Assembly (NCBI RefSeq): GCF_009914755.1
Contig: NC_060935.1
Direction: 5' to 3' (one strand)
Source of the DNA: the human T2T-CHM13v2.0 reference genome, Homo sapiens
DNA length: 64,000 bases
The translations under genes and the position numbers were made by a program. This document shows positions 12,910 to 27,321 of this stretch, in pieces (within the stretch, counting starts at the first letter, position 1; each line of letters begins with the position of its first letter). The notes beneath the pieces were generated by a model. It did no database searches. It was not told where the DNA came from and was given only the letters and a program-made list of their open reading frames with translations.

Positions 12910-13440
12910 CTATTAAGTACTGAAGGTTTGTACAAGAGAGAAATACGATTTAGCATGTGAGTTAATCGTGCAGGTCTAGAGGGAAGGCCCACATGGAGGC
13001 CATGGCTTTTCAGGCCAGTCTGATGGAGCAGATGTAGATCCATTCACTGAGGAAGGCCGTGGAGCAGGAGACTAAAGAAAACAATGAGAATCTGTGATCT
13101 GATTTCAGAGGCGGAAAAACGTGTCAGTGACAGGTGACTTTCTCTCTTTCCTCCTGTCTGTCCATCTGTCTGCCTGACCCTGTCCACAAGCAGTTCTCCT
13201 GGACTCTCTTCTTGTGTTTTCCTTTTGGCAGAAATCTGAGTGATTCTCAAATGAGATACCTACAGAAAACTAAGTATAGGAAATTTTGACTTCTGGATGT
13301 TACACTTCGTGCTCTATTTGGCTTATTAAATGTTGATGCTAATCTTTTTTTAAAAGCAAAGAAAAACACACAATCCAGAATAACATTGGAAACATTTAGT
13401 TCTGCATCCTCTAAGTCTCTATGTAAGTGGACTCTTTCTT

Positions 13441-14160
<720 letters not shown>

Positions 14161-16869
14161 CAAAATAGACTTTCTTAAATTACATCTACCACTCTCTTAA
14201 AGGGTCTTAATGAAACCAGTGCAGACATGTTTGATTTGATATAAGATTTTTTGGTAGCATGTACTTCACATATAGAAGCCTGCACAGAACAAGACATTTT
14301 GCATAATAATATTTAATTAGTGGATGTTTGCTTCGAAAAGCCTTATGTGACCCGTGAAGCAATCAAAATAATTATGGGCACAAATTGCATATGCAAAATT
14401 GAGACCCTGTAGGTGTCCTCATCCACTCTGCTTATACCTCAGGGAATTGTTGGATCCTGGAAAAAGGGCTGTCTGCAGCCATGGGCGTGCAGTGGTGGCT
14501 TGCTTTCTCTTTGCTTCAGTGCTTTCCCTTTAAGCAGCAGGGAGATTAAAAAATAAAAATAAAGAACTTCACAATAGCAGAGGAGGAAGAGGAATGAGAA
14601 GTCTGCAGAGTGCCTTTTGAACTACCAGCTCTAGCATTTATTGCCTTCGCCGCTCATTTGTGCAAGTCTGATCTTGCCCTTTATTATCCAAGAGTAGAGT
14701 CCTTCTTCCTGTTAGATTGAGGTTCCTCGAAGCCACAAACCATGTCGTATCCTCTGTGCTGCCTGTAGTACTCTAATGGTGAAGATGTAGTGGATACTCA
14801 GTAAGGATCTGGAGAATTGAACTGACGAGCCGTGATAGAGTACAATAGGATGGTATTTTTGAGATTTCTTTTTCTTTTGCACTTACCTACACATAATCTC
14901 TGTAGTTTACTGGAGCATCCTCCTACCTCTTAGAATGGTTACAAGAGGGATACAAAAAGTTAGTATTCCAATTTTGATATTTAAAGTAGTATTTTTTGGT
15001 TCTGCAGTAAAACAAAATTTTAGATGCTTTAAACTCCTTTTACTCCTTCCCCTGGCTTTTTGTTTGTTTGTTTTTACCAGATCAAGAAGTAGGCCGCAGG
15101 TGATTAAAGCGTTAAGATTTTCCAAGTGTAGAGGCTACTCCCCTTGCCTGACAGCAGGCAGGGCACAGGATTTAATGCCCCAAAGGAGAACAATTGTCAG
15201 AAGAAGCAAAAACTCAAGTCTACCTATTCTTACATGGCATTGTCAAAAGAGGGGGCGCAGGGAATGAGGAAGGGGTGAACACACAGGTTTTGATTTTTTT
15301 TTTCCTGGGCCTGAACCCAGAAGATGGGAAGTGCATGCATGTGTGTGTGTGTACCACCAGCGTGCTTGTTATTCTAGGAGTGGATTTGTTTCACAGGTTG
15401 CCCCTGTAGCATTCTGTGGGCAGCTTCATTAAAGGACGCTTGTCAGCATAGCCTGGTTAGGCTGAGGAGAACCTGGGTTTGGCTTTCCTGAATCTCTCTT
15501 AACTTTCAAATGACTGAATGTTCCTCATGCCCTAGGGCTAGCTGCTGAATTCTGTAGACCCTGACTGGGGAATATGGCAGGAAGGGGTTGCTTTCATGGA
15601 CAAAGGAGCCACATTGCTGAGGACAGCAGGGCAGGGCTTCCTGGCCAGGCCTTGGGTGTGTCCACCCTGCAAGCAAGAGCTGAGTCTGGCATCCTGAGGT
15701 ATAACAGCCATAGACTTTACAGAGAGGCCCCAGCAGAATGCCCAGGGCACAAGGTCATGCCTCAGTAGTCTCCAGGGGCCAGCCCAGCCTAGGCCCTCTG
15801 CAGCAGATACCAACCTACCTCTCTAGGACTCCAGCCGGCTCCCTCCCTTCTGCCTCCTCAAGGTTGCATGAGCCACATCCTTTCTCCCATATCCAAGATG
15901 CATCGTAGGAGGAGCAAGGGAAGGGAGCTCAGTCTCTAAAACCCTGAGCATTTACCCAGGTCATTCAAGCAGAGATGTGATGATGCCCAGGAAGTCTAAA
16001 TTACTAGGTCAGACAAATATCTATTTCTGTTGCCATCAACTGGGTGAAAGCCTGTGAAGAAGACCAGATCAATTACAGAAGAATAAAAAGGCTATTTATT
16101 TTTGTACTTCGGAGTGCAGTATAAGTGAATATTGATCCTGCTACAGTGTGTGGGTTTTTTCATGTTTCTTAAAATTCTTTTAGAAATGAACATTTCCTAG
16201 CCTTCTCTGTAAACTCCAAAGTTAGACTCCAGTTTATAAAGGCATCAGCAGGAAGCAGTGCCTCCCAAGGTGGAGGAAATATGGAAAAAAAGATCTTTCC
16301 TGGCCGATTCAGAAGAGCTGAGAGTGAGCATGAGAGAATTAGCATGAGTTTGACCAGAGCTGCTAGCAAGCAGATTCAAGCAAACAGATATACATATTCT
16401 TTTAAATCTCCTACTGTGCCTTCAAATGGTCATCCCAAATGTTTCATTTTACATTAAGTGCCAGCTTGCCTCTAGGGATGAGGATAAAAGACATTTTGAA
16501 TTTAACTTCTTAATTAGGAAACACCAAAGCTGTCATTCATACTAGGAGAAAGAAGGAGACTTCATCTCCCACTGCAGATAATGAGACTTTCCAGATATTA
16601 ATTGTATGTGTGTTTAGCTTTGAAATGTAGTATTTAAAGTTTCGAGAATTAGAAATAGCATAGATATAGAGGACCTGGCCAGGCCCTGTCATGCAGTAGG
16701 GTCATTAATAAATGGGGATAACCCTTAAAAAATAGAGTAATCAGATTTTTTGGGGGGGGGATAATAAATTCACTCTTCAGTCTTTAAGTACCACACACCA
16801 GCTCTAAGGTGAAGTTGTGAAGAAGTTACTAAGTGACTTATCAGAAGCATCCTGGTTGAAATGAGAGGG

Positions 16870-17105
16870 AAAGTTGCTACCATTTATTCTGTGCCAGGAA
16901 CTTGAACATCTTTTCATGCAATACCACATTTAATCCTCTTGCTATTCTCATAAAGTAGAGAAATATGTATTGATTCTGGTTATAAGAAAACTGAGGCTCC
17001 AAGAGTTAAACTGACCTGTCCACATTACCAGCTGATGAGTGTGAGGGTTGGAATACAAACCTAGATCTGAGACCCATGCTCTTTGTGTAATACCACCCTG
17101 CTGCC
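16870..17105 (-). mobile_element. MIR SINE
   Basis: catttattctgtgccagg...catttaatcctc...aaactgaggctccaagagttaaactgacctgtcca. Confidence 0.65.
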
Positions 17106-18883
17106 TCATGGGAAAGGTGAGAAGATCTCACAAAGGGATTCCACAATTGTACTTTGTACTTCTCCTCCTTGGTAAAAACTGATATCCATGATAGATTTTT
17201 AAAAATGAAATATGTCCTCCCTCTTAGATGGCCAGCAACATGTTTGCTGGGGCCAGGTCTGTTTTATTACTTATCCAAAACACATGGCCCAATGCTTGGT
17301 ACATTGTACGTGGTCAAGTTTTTCACTGACTGATTATAAGTGAGCATATGCTATTGGAATCTAGAAAGTAAACTAATGCAAATTTGGGGGAGATTGTTTT
17401 TTGCAGATACATAAGTTTACTGATATGTCTTTGATTCATTTCGAAAATTCTTTCCCTAAAGGTATCGATGGATTGTCAGACTCCTTGATATTTACACTAA
17501 TCATAACTCCTACATGATTAATAAACAAGTAAAAAATGTTGAAGATCAGGCAGGTGAACTGCTGGAGTGATCACTGTTAGAGTTTCTGAGTTTCTGTTCT
17601 TTTCCAGGATAAGATTTGGTTCCTAATGGTTGGGCGTGGGCTCTGAAACTTGGAGAATCAGAAAGGGAATAGAACCTGTGATTTAGATTGCTGAGCCACA
17701 CTTAAATGGCTGTCAGCTGAGATTCAGGAATGGCAGAGGCTGATTCAGCTGGAGTCATACAGCAGCTACTATTAATAACAAGACGAGCAGAGTGGGGAGA
17801 GAACTCAATGAATCGAACAAGAGGGGACAATGGGAGCTCAGGAGGGTAAACCCGATTACCCAGTTACTACTGTGTCTTGTGTCCATCTGGAAATAGGCCT
17901 TGTCTCTTCCCTACCAGCTGAATTCTCAGCTGAAAATGCAAAGGTCAAACACTTAGAGAAGCCTGTTTTAATGGGGGTGGATATTATTTCTGCCTCAGCC
18001 ATTTTCAGCTGGAAACCACAAGATGGCAATGTTGCATCATTCCTTGCAAGACCTTTACCCATGGCTGTCCTGACTCCAGGTGAATTCAATCGCTAAGCAA
18101 TAAATTGGGAGATGCAGGATCTTGTTGGTTTAACCAGCTAACATTATACTTGTATTTGGTACTACTGATTGTGTTTTCCTTGATAAAATGTAGCATACTC
18201 CAGGAAAAGTAATACATTTTCACCCCTTGTTAGAACACTCATGTAATTCAAGCAAATAACACAAACACAGTCTGAATTTCAGTCTTCTAGACCCGGTTTT
18301 CCCCAACATCAGACTAATTAGTTTTATTCCATCTAGCCAACACCTGCTTGAGAAGAACATTTAGTGTCATAAAACAAACCACCCACCAAGAAATAAGGAA
18401 ACTGAGAAAAGCCCACACACCAACGTCATGTTGCCAAGCTCAGCTCTAAAACAAAGCCTTACAACACACCCTGGTGGATTCTCTTGGAGGAAACTCCATT
18501 TTCTAATGTAAGTTTCTGCATGAAAAAACTCTGTTCAGAGTCGTGAAATGCTCTTATGCAAATGATATTGTTGGAATCTTTTTCGTTTCTTTAGAAGTCA
18601 ATTTCTGAGGACATGTTCAGGTTTAATTCTTTCAGCAGACCCTTGAGTCCTCTGTTTTTTAATTGTGTTTGAGAAAGAGACTAAAATGAAATTTTGGTGG
18701 TGTGATCAAACACCAAGGGATTTGGTGCCTTCCCGAGTATTACGGGCATAGATCAAATACTGAGTACCTTTCGATGGTTATTAAGGTGAGGTTACAAGTG
18801 TTATAATTGTTTGCCCTAGAAAAGGTTCAGGTGTGAATGAGTTGCTTTCATGGAGGAGATTAAGGGAAAGGATGCTGCTAGAT

Positions 18884-19070
18884 CAGTGGTTCTCAAATTT
18901 TAGCAGGCATCAGGATCACTTGGATGACATATCAAACTACAGATTACTGGACTTCACCTCTAGAGTTTCTGATTCTATAGGTCTAGGGTAGGGCCCGGGG
19001 ATTTGTGTTTCTGACAAGTTCACAGGTAATGGGGATGCAGCTGGTCTAGAAGTCATGCTTTTAGAACCCT
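18884..19070 (+). mobile_element. MER5A DNA transposon
   Basis: cagtggttctcaaattttagcaggcatcagg...tttctgattctataggtctagggtagggcc...ttttagaaccctg. Confidence 0.8.
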
Positions 19071-19189
19071 GATGCTGGACCTGTTTTCTCTAAAGGACAG
19101 GTAACTGGGTGATTTTCATTTAGGTGCTTTGCAGAGAATGTTGAGAAATACTGACTCAATAGAATGAATGCTTGCTTTAGGATCTAGAG

Positions 19190-19440
19190 ATGTGAATTCA
19201 AATATAGGCCCTATAACTTAGTTGCTAGATATGTGAGGCCAATGACTTAACTTCCCATAATCTCCATCTGTTGTCTAGAAAATAGGATTGTACTCAGATA
19301 TCAGGATTTGAGTCCTGGCTTTGCTAATTACTATATGACTTTGTTCAAATTACTTAGCCACTCTGAGTCTGATTCCTTATGGGTAAGAATAGTACTTCTG
19401 AGTTGTTTTAGAAGTGAAATATTTGATATAAGGGCACCAC
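19190..19440 (+). mobile_element. MIR fragments (two)
   Basis: gaattcaaatataggcc...tgacttaacttccc; gatttgagtcctggctttgctaattactatatgactttgttcaaattacttagccactctgag. Confidence 0.55.
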
Positions 19441-21534
19441 ACAAAGGATTTGTTGCTTCTTTCCTTTTCTTTGCTAGATTGATATATGCATGCATCTGAA
19501 ATCACTTCATAAAATACAGAACACCATAGAAATGTTGGTTAATGTTTCACAGAGAAATTGCTTTACGAAAAAACCTTCCTAGATCCTTTAGATTGTCTGT
19601 TTTCCTTAACCAGCTTAGCCTGTTTGCATAAATTGGCTATTTTTAGCCAATTGTGAGTTTCTTCTTATAATTGTTTGAAATCACTGGACAAACCTGAAGT
19701 TTGCCTAATATATTCCAGGCTGCAGGAGGAAGCACTGATAACGCCTGGAATTTTTTCCAGATTGGGTTGGTCAATTTTGCTTTCCCACTTTTAAAGACAA
19801 AAATAAAGAGCCAAGAGTTGAATGGCAAAATGCAGTTTGGCTTAGAGAATGGGGGTCAGCTGTGTGATGAGATCCTTCTGGATCCCTTTTCATGTCCCAG
19901 GGGAAGCTGGTACCCAAGCAGAATTGACCAGCTGGCTTTCACATTATGGGAAGTGTCTACTTGATGTCAGTATGATTTGTTATATAGTGAAAAAGTGATT
20001 GGTCATATAACTTGGTTTGGAGATGTTAAAGGCCTAATTCTCTTTCTGCCATTGAAAGGTATTTGATATTTCACCTAAACCCATTGTTCTTGGGAAGGCA
20101 TTAAACCCGAGTTGTGCAACCTTGGGTTAGTCATTTCGCTTTACTGAGCCTCAGTTTCCCTATTACAACATGAGGGATTTGCATAAGATCAGACTTCTTA
20201 TATAGCAGTCTGTAGATGGGATCCATGGACCGTTCAAAATGCCAAATCTTTTGATTGTGCAGTTTTATGTCGAGTGGATCTATAGCTTTCATCAGATTCT
20301 GAAAGGGGTCTGTTGCACTAAAAATATTTAACCTCAGGTGTTATTAAAGATCGTAGTCAAGTCTAAGCTTGCATCTCTGCCAGTGATGCTAAATAATTTC
20401 AACTGAGTTTTCACTGACCAGGTAAAATAGATCCTGTAGCTCATTTGGTATCTTATAGATACTGCTTTTTAAGTAATACCATTAAAGGAAATCAAATTTT
20501 AAACAGTGGTGAAAAGTTTGGGGAAAGATCAATGTCCAAGGAAAGGATAAAGCCATAGAACAGCTTACACGTATCACACAGCAGCAGTTTTGTGAATGTA
20601 CCACTGTTCATGTGGTACAGATATTGGGCCTTATCAGCATACTCACAATTGATCAGGTTTAAGGTGATGGATACTCACTAAAGCAGTCCACATGAGACTG
20701 ATGAATAAACTGGAATGCCAATGTGATTATTTACAGTGAGGGATGACTTCTCTCTGTGCCTGGATGGCTCCTTTTGCAGGACTTGAGCTACATTATTAAT
20801 CAGTAGATTGTTAAGGATTTAGAGCAAAAGGATGCAAATAGTTTTGAAAAATGTTCCTTTTGGGTCAGGGTGAGGTCCCCAAATCACTGATTATGTTTCA
20901 GTAAAGAATCCAGTAGGCTTTCTGTTTCCTCCTGTTCAGTGTTGACTTATCTGTCAGTGGGGCTCCTTGTTTCCAAGTTCTTTGGGGATATGATTCACTT
21001 GGTCCCCAGACACCACCTAAAAAAGCCATGTTTTTTTTTTTTTTTTTTCAGAGAAAATATTCTTAACCATTATTTTGTGCAAGCCAAGTTAAGTTGATGA
21101 GATACAAGACATAGTTTTCTAGTCACAACACCCATTAGATTGTTAATCCATGTTGAAAGCAACTTGAGTGGCTAACTTCATATAACACAATGATCATACC
21201 GTCATTATTCTTAACTTTCTTTTAACAATATTGGTGAAACTGAGGCTTTTGTTCAAATATATTTTTATCAGTTGTTCTCACTCTAAAAGCCAACTCTCTT
21301 TTCTAGTTCCTGGGGTCTCTTCTATTTTCCATGAAAGGAGATTGATTTCTTGTTCCTCTACTAACTTATCAGACAAACAAATCTCTTACCAGTTTGGGGA
21401 TGATAATGTTTACCCTGTGTATCTCATGTAGGCTTAATGATATCATCAGGATGTTCCTGCAGAATCTTGCTCACCTGAGCAGGCATTTTCTAAATTAAAT
21501 CAGTAGTGTTATAGAGTTCTAAACGTTCAGAGAA

Positions 21535-21551
21535 AGAGAGAGAGAGAGAGA
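21535..21551 (+). repeat. (GA)n microsatellite
   Basis: Read directly from the sequence. Confidence 0.85.
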
Positions 21552-22719
21552 AAGAAACAGAGAACATACAATGTAGGTGTGCCTCTTGGCAAGCAAGCCT
21601 GATTTATAATTGCATGCATTTATACAAAAGAGTCAAGACATTTTTACTATTCAAGAGGATCTCCTCACCAATTCTCACTTGGCAAACCTATGTTATGATT
21701 TGATTTATAAAAATTATTTACCCCTAACTTGTCAGAAATATGCACACTGTATAAAGTGAAACGCTGAGTTGGAATTCATGCTGCTTCATTCTTGGGATGC
21801 TAGTGATGCAGAGGAAGAAAATTTCAGTAACTCAATCCTGCAAAATAGGATGCTAGATAAAGACTCCTTGACCTCTTAGATCCATGCAATTTTCCGCAAT
21901 TTTATCAAAGTCAAGCAGGAAGTACAGATATAAAACAGGTGAGGTTTCCTTTCTCAGACCCTCATTCCTCTTTTGCCCCTTTTATTTCTACCCTTGACAG
22001 TGCACGTGCCTCAACCACTCAGGTTATTGCCTCCAGTAGTCTTTCAATTCCCTGTAAACATCAGGGCCCTGGAAAAATGGCTAAATTTGCCAAATGTAAG
22101 GCATACGCGTTAACCATGGTTTAATATATGATCCATCCTATATGTTATTTGCATTTTAACAGAAAAAAAGATCAAAGGAGTACATTTCTGGTTCTAGAAT
22201 TTCAGACCATGGTAAAATGGTAGGTCAAATTTTGAGGGAGAGGTATTGGGGGTGGATGGAAGGATATGCTATTTCTGTCCTATTAAATCAGATGTTATCT
22301 CACATTAAGGGGCCTGAAATCTCTGCATTTGATTCTAACTATGCAATTGATATAAATAACAAAATGGTTACTGCCACTACTTCGAGATTAAAGCATGCAT
22401 TAACCTGTGGGGTTATTTTATAGTAATTAAGTGACAAAATCTCTCTGACTTTGGTGTGTATATTGAAGGCTTTTGTAGTTGATTAGCAGAGGAGTGATGC
22501 TGAGGAGCTTAATCAACCACTCAAGTTGTTAGTTTCAACTTTATTCCATCACCATGTTTGCTTTGCTGTATTAGAGGAAGGCAGGAAGGAAAACTTCATC
22601 CATTGACATGTTGCACATGTGCTCTCAGTCTCGCTGAAGGTTGAAGAAGATTGCTCTTACATTTCTCAGTCCCAAGCTACGCCAAGCTATGCTGCACGCT
22701 GACCTTATGGTAAGGCCAA

Positions 22720-22980
22720 GGATCAGCTGGGGAGTGAGTGATACTGATGAGGAGGTCAAGGTCAGGATTTCCATTTGGGTACAGCCAGTTGGTTTTGTCC
22801 CTGCACAGAGTCTGTTTAATGCCTTCAGCCATGCTGGAATCATTGATCCCAGGGTAAAAAGGATGATGGAATGGCAATGTATCCATGTAAACCCTCCCAA
22901 TGTTGGAAAACATATACAAAGGTATAATCTATTGATGGGATAGTAGTGGTATCACCTTTGTATATAAAGAATAGCACCTT
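22720..22980 (+). mobile_element. Ancient tRNA-derived SINE (MamSINE1-like)
   Basis: Degenerate tRNA-like head (caaggtcaggatttcc...gccagttgg) and 3' part gtagtggtatcacctttgtatataaagaatagcac resemble MamSINE1 as I recall it. Confidence 0.5.
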
Positions 22981-23002
22981 CTCCCTCCCTCCCTCCCTCC
23001 CT

Positions 23003-24560
23003 CACTCATCAGATATTTATTATAGCTCATACTCTATTCTGGATACCGGGTTTCATGCTGAAGAAATGCTAAGATTCATAAGAAATGTTCCCTGACCTCA
23101 AGGATATTACAGTAAAGTGAGAAATAGACTGGCAAATATTTAGAGTACTTTGTCATGTATATTGTGTTAAGTGAATAGAGAAGGTGTAATTGATCATTTC
23201 AGAAGGGAATCATAGAAGGTTTCTGAAGGAATTGTCTTTTGAGTTGGGTCTTGAAAAATGGGTAGAAGTTAACCAGGTTAACTGGTTAAGGGGTGGATGA
23301 TGGAGATGTTTCACTTACAAGAAATGACTCACTGCACAGAAACCCTGGACCAGTATACCAATGGCCTGTGGTTTTCCGTGGCTAGAGTGCAGGCTGATGG
23401 GTAAGTGGAGTGGTAGGAGATGAGACTGTAAAGGAGGTAGAGGCCAAAGGGGGCTCCTGGGACATGTGAGAATTTAAAAAATATACCTGTTGGGCAATAG
23501 GGATCCTTCGAATATTTTTTCTGGAAGAGAGTGTGGTTTGTGATCTAATTAAATTTTTAGAGCCGGCCGTGGTGGCTCACGCCTGTAATCCCAGCACTTT
23601 GAGAGGCTGAGGCGGGTAGATCACAGGGTCAGGAATTGGAGACCAGCCTGGCCAACATGGTGAAACCCCGTCTCTACTAAAAATACAAAAATTAGCTGGG
23701 CGTGGTAGCGGGCGCCTGTAATCCCAGCTACTCCGGAGGCTAAGGCAAGATAATCACTTAAGCCTGGGAGGTGGAGGTTGCAGTGAGCCAACATCACGCC
23801 ACTGTGCTCCAGCCTGGGTGACAGAGCAAGACTCTGTCTTGGAAAAAAAAAATTTTTATTTTAGAAAGAGTTGGGTGAGTGGATTGGAGAAAGAATTTGT
23901 CATGTGACCAAAAAGGGAGGCTGATGTCAATGTCCAGGTGAGAGTAAGGGGACCCAAACTGAGATAATTGTAGTGAGTCTAGAAGGTAAAGGACAGCTTT
24001 AGGAGATACTTAGTATAATTGGCATGACCAATTGTATAGATGGCTGTAGACAGGGATGGGTGGGAGTTATGGCACAAAAAGTAGAAAAAACTTGTAAGAC
24101 AGTGAACAGAAGATATTGAGGGTATTTTTCTCAGAGAGAAATGCATGTAAATAAAGGACTTGTATTAAGTGTTCTAGATTGTTTTCTCACCTCTGAACTC
24201 CTATGATATTTTGATAATTTGATTTGGAACCATGCCACTTACCATTGAACTATAATTTCTATTCTCCTGGATAGTGGGAATACAAAGATGAATAGACAGA
24301 ATCCTTCATCTCCAGAAGCTCATAATCTATTGGGGGGGGGGATGGCAATGATAAGTAAATAAATAAGTGCAAATGAGTATGATGGGTTTTCACCCAGGTA
24401 TGTGTGAAGGACAGGGATGGCAGTATGCATTTAGGACATTGCATTAAGGGTCTGGTGTAGAAGAGTGACATGATTAGATTTTGAGTTTTAGAAAGATTAT
24501 GGAAGTGTCAAAGGTGGATTAAAGTGAGGCCAATCAAGAGCTGGAAGACCAATGAGGAGG
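23003..24560 (-). mobile_element. Cluster of L2 fragments, split by an Alu
   Basis: cactcatcagatatttattatagc...ttccctgacctcaagg...tttgagttgggtcttgaa; a second piece at 24250+ (ccagaagctcataatcta; tttagaaagatta). Confidence 0.6.
23560..23852 (+). mobile_element. AluS (Sg-like)
   Basis: Full dimer; aaattttta duplicated on both flanks. Confidence 0.9.
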
Positions 24561-25100
24561 CAGATGCTCAGTTGAAAAAGCAGCTACAAGCAACTTTGAG
24601 CTACAAGGCTGGCCCTGTGGCACTGTGGAAAGGAACTGTGCCTTCTGAGTTCTGGAGCTCTCGATAAGTTCTAGCATTGCCTCAGGGATCAATCTCATTA
24701 TTTAACCTTGGTTTTGCCTTTGGTCATTTAGGGATCCTGAGGAGTTCTGTCTTCTTTTTTACTCCTACTGGTGATGACAGTGTGCATTGGTGATAAGGAC
24801 TGGACATTGACCTTGTGATGAGAAAACAGAATGGGGAATGAAGGTAAGGGAAGGGTAAAAGACAAGATCTAGAGAGTGCTGTTACCATAGGAGTGAGATC
24901 TGGGTGTGTGCTGCTGGTAGGGGAAATTTGCATGAGGCTCCCAAATGCTTGAATGGTAGGAGAATGCAATAAAAGGAGGCAGGATGGCCCTGAATAGTAA
25001 GAGGAGAGGAACTTCCCTACATTTTGCCATAGTCCAACCCTTAGTGGTTCTTCAGGTAAGATTTTATATTATAGCTGTAGCAATAAAAATAACAATAAAT

Positions 25101-25600
<500 letters not shown>

Positions 25601-25925
25601 TGTCTCCCAAACTCTTTTGTCAAGGGAAGACATGAGCCCATAAGTCCCTGGATGATGTCTGTTTCTTTATCTTAGCCATTCTAAAGTAAGTCACTCCAAT
25701 GCTATGTTTGGTTTAAAATAGGGGATGAGAGGAAAGGATATTTTCCTTGTGTCTGTGAATTCCAGGTGACAGTGAATAGACAAGGAGGAAATCAACAGGA
25801 ACTGAAGGATTCCAGGATGCCTATGATGCTGGCTGGACCTTTGAGGATGAGCTAACTGCATTTGAGGGAATACTGTCTTATTAGATCTAAAGGTGATGTT
25901 ACTGACCTGTGTCTTTCCTCATTAG

Positions 25926-26025
25926 CCTGTCCCTGGAAATGCTGGACAGCTGAAGCCACGATGACAAAGGAGAAGATTAGAGGCAACTGAGACCTAACCA
26001 AGTCACGGACCTGGAAGATGAAAAG
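25926..26025 (+). ncRNA. Candidate non-coding internal exon (100 nt)
   Basis: Branch point TACTGAC 25900-25906, then gtctttcctcattAG|, donor AAG|GTGAGT; purine-rich; stop codons in all three frames. Confidence 0.45.
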
Positions 26026-26429
26026 GTGAGTCTTGTTTGAAATTGCACCTCCTGGGCCCACTTCAATGCCCGAGCTTTCAGGCAGAATTGTGGTGCACAC
26101 ACTTTTCTTTATTTTTAAAGGTAAAACATTGATTGTTCTGGAGACAAGAAACTCACCTTAGCTGTGAACTAATGCCTCAGTCGAATGTAGGGTTCAGTGT
26201 CTCCATGGCTTTCTAACCCCTGGGCAATGTTTTATAGCAATTACCTGTACAACCAGTTGCTATAGTTACCTATTGTCTATGCTTCAAGAAGAGAAATATC
26301 TAGCTAAGCTAGTTAGCAGAAGAAATAGGTGCTGAAGTCTAACAAGAAAGAATGGGACATGCAGAAAAAAAATATTTTTACCCACATAGTGACAAGTTTA
26401 GAGCATCTAGCCTACTTACAGGCCAGTGA

Positions 26430-26910
26430 TCATAGATCTGTATCTCCTTTTCCAAGTGAATCATCCCAATTCACAAAGATGAGCCCAAAGCAGCCATGTT
26501 TAAAATAGGTGGCCACAGTGCCACCTAGTTGTAACTGATTGGATCAGGGTGAACACCTAACCCAGGCTGGGGCAATCCGATTCTGTTGCCTGGAAATCAG
26601 GACTGAAGTCTTTCCAGTCTGTCTGGATAAATGGCAGGGCCTGTTCTATGCAAGCTCGAAAGAGTGGGGACCATTTTCTATCTTATGGAATGAGGAAAAA
26701 AAGAAAGCATACCTGTGGAGGGAGAATAAGCCTATTTGCAGAGGAAGCAGTGAGAGGAAATGTAGCTTAGGAGTTTTTTTTAGTTCCTGTCCCTTTCTGA
26801 AGCAGGGTTGCATTTCTGCCTTAGAGCATTTTCTTTCTTTCTTGTATTCATTATTATTATTACTCATTTTTCGTTCTTACTGGCATGAATTAGTTTCCAT
26901 CACTTCTCAC
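26430..26910 (+). mobile_element. Old MaLR LTR (MLT1K/L-like)
   Basis: tgattggatcagggtgaacacctaacccaggctggggcaatccgattc motif. Confidence 0.55.
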
Positions 26911-26954
26911 TAAAACTTACATGGTGCTCCAGTGTAAGTTATGCTCAAGGCACC

Positions 26955-27321
26955 TGTGATGGGTTGAATTGTGTCCTCTTATAATTATATGTTGAAGTCC
27001 TAACTCCTAGTGCCCCAGAATGTTACTGTATCTAAGGCCAGGGTCTTTAAAGGGGTAACTAAAGTGAGGTTATTAGGGTGGGCCTTAATCTACAATGACT
27101 GTTGAATTTATAAGAAGAGATTAGGACACAGGCATGCATGGAGGAAGACCTTGTGAACATACTCATCTACAAGCCAAGGACAGAGGCCTCGGAAGAAATC
27201 AACCCAGCCCACACCTTAATCTCAGACTTCTAGCCTCCAGCATTGTGAGAAAATAAGCTTCTGTTATTCAAGCTATCCAGTCTGTGGGACTTTGTTAGGT
27301 CAGCCCAAGCAAACGAATGCA
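26955..27321 (+). mobile_element. MLT1A/B-type MaLR solo LTR
   Basis: tgtgatgggttgaattgtgtcc...atgttgaagtcctaactcc...cagacttctagcctccag...gcaaacgaatgca. Confidence 0.85.

Noticed and set aside
15243-15260. CTCF-like AGGGGGCGC (and CAAGATGGCGC at 1265)
   Set aside because: The 5' half of the core motif is missing; the 1265 site lies inside an L2
22625-22943. Three overlapping ORFs as a processed pseudogene or tRNA gene
   Set aside because: Better explained by an ancient SINE remnant; no intact cloverleaf or recognisable protein
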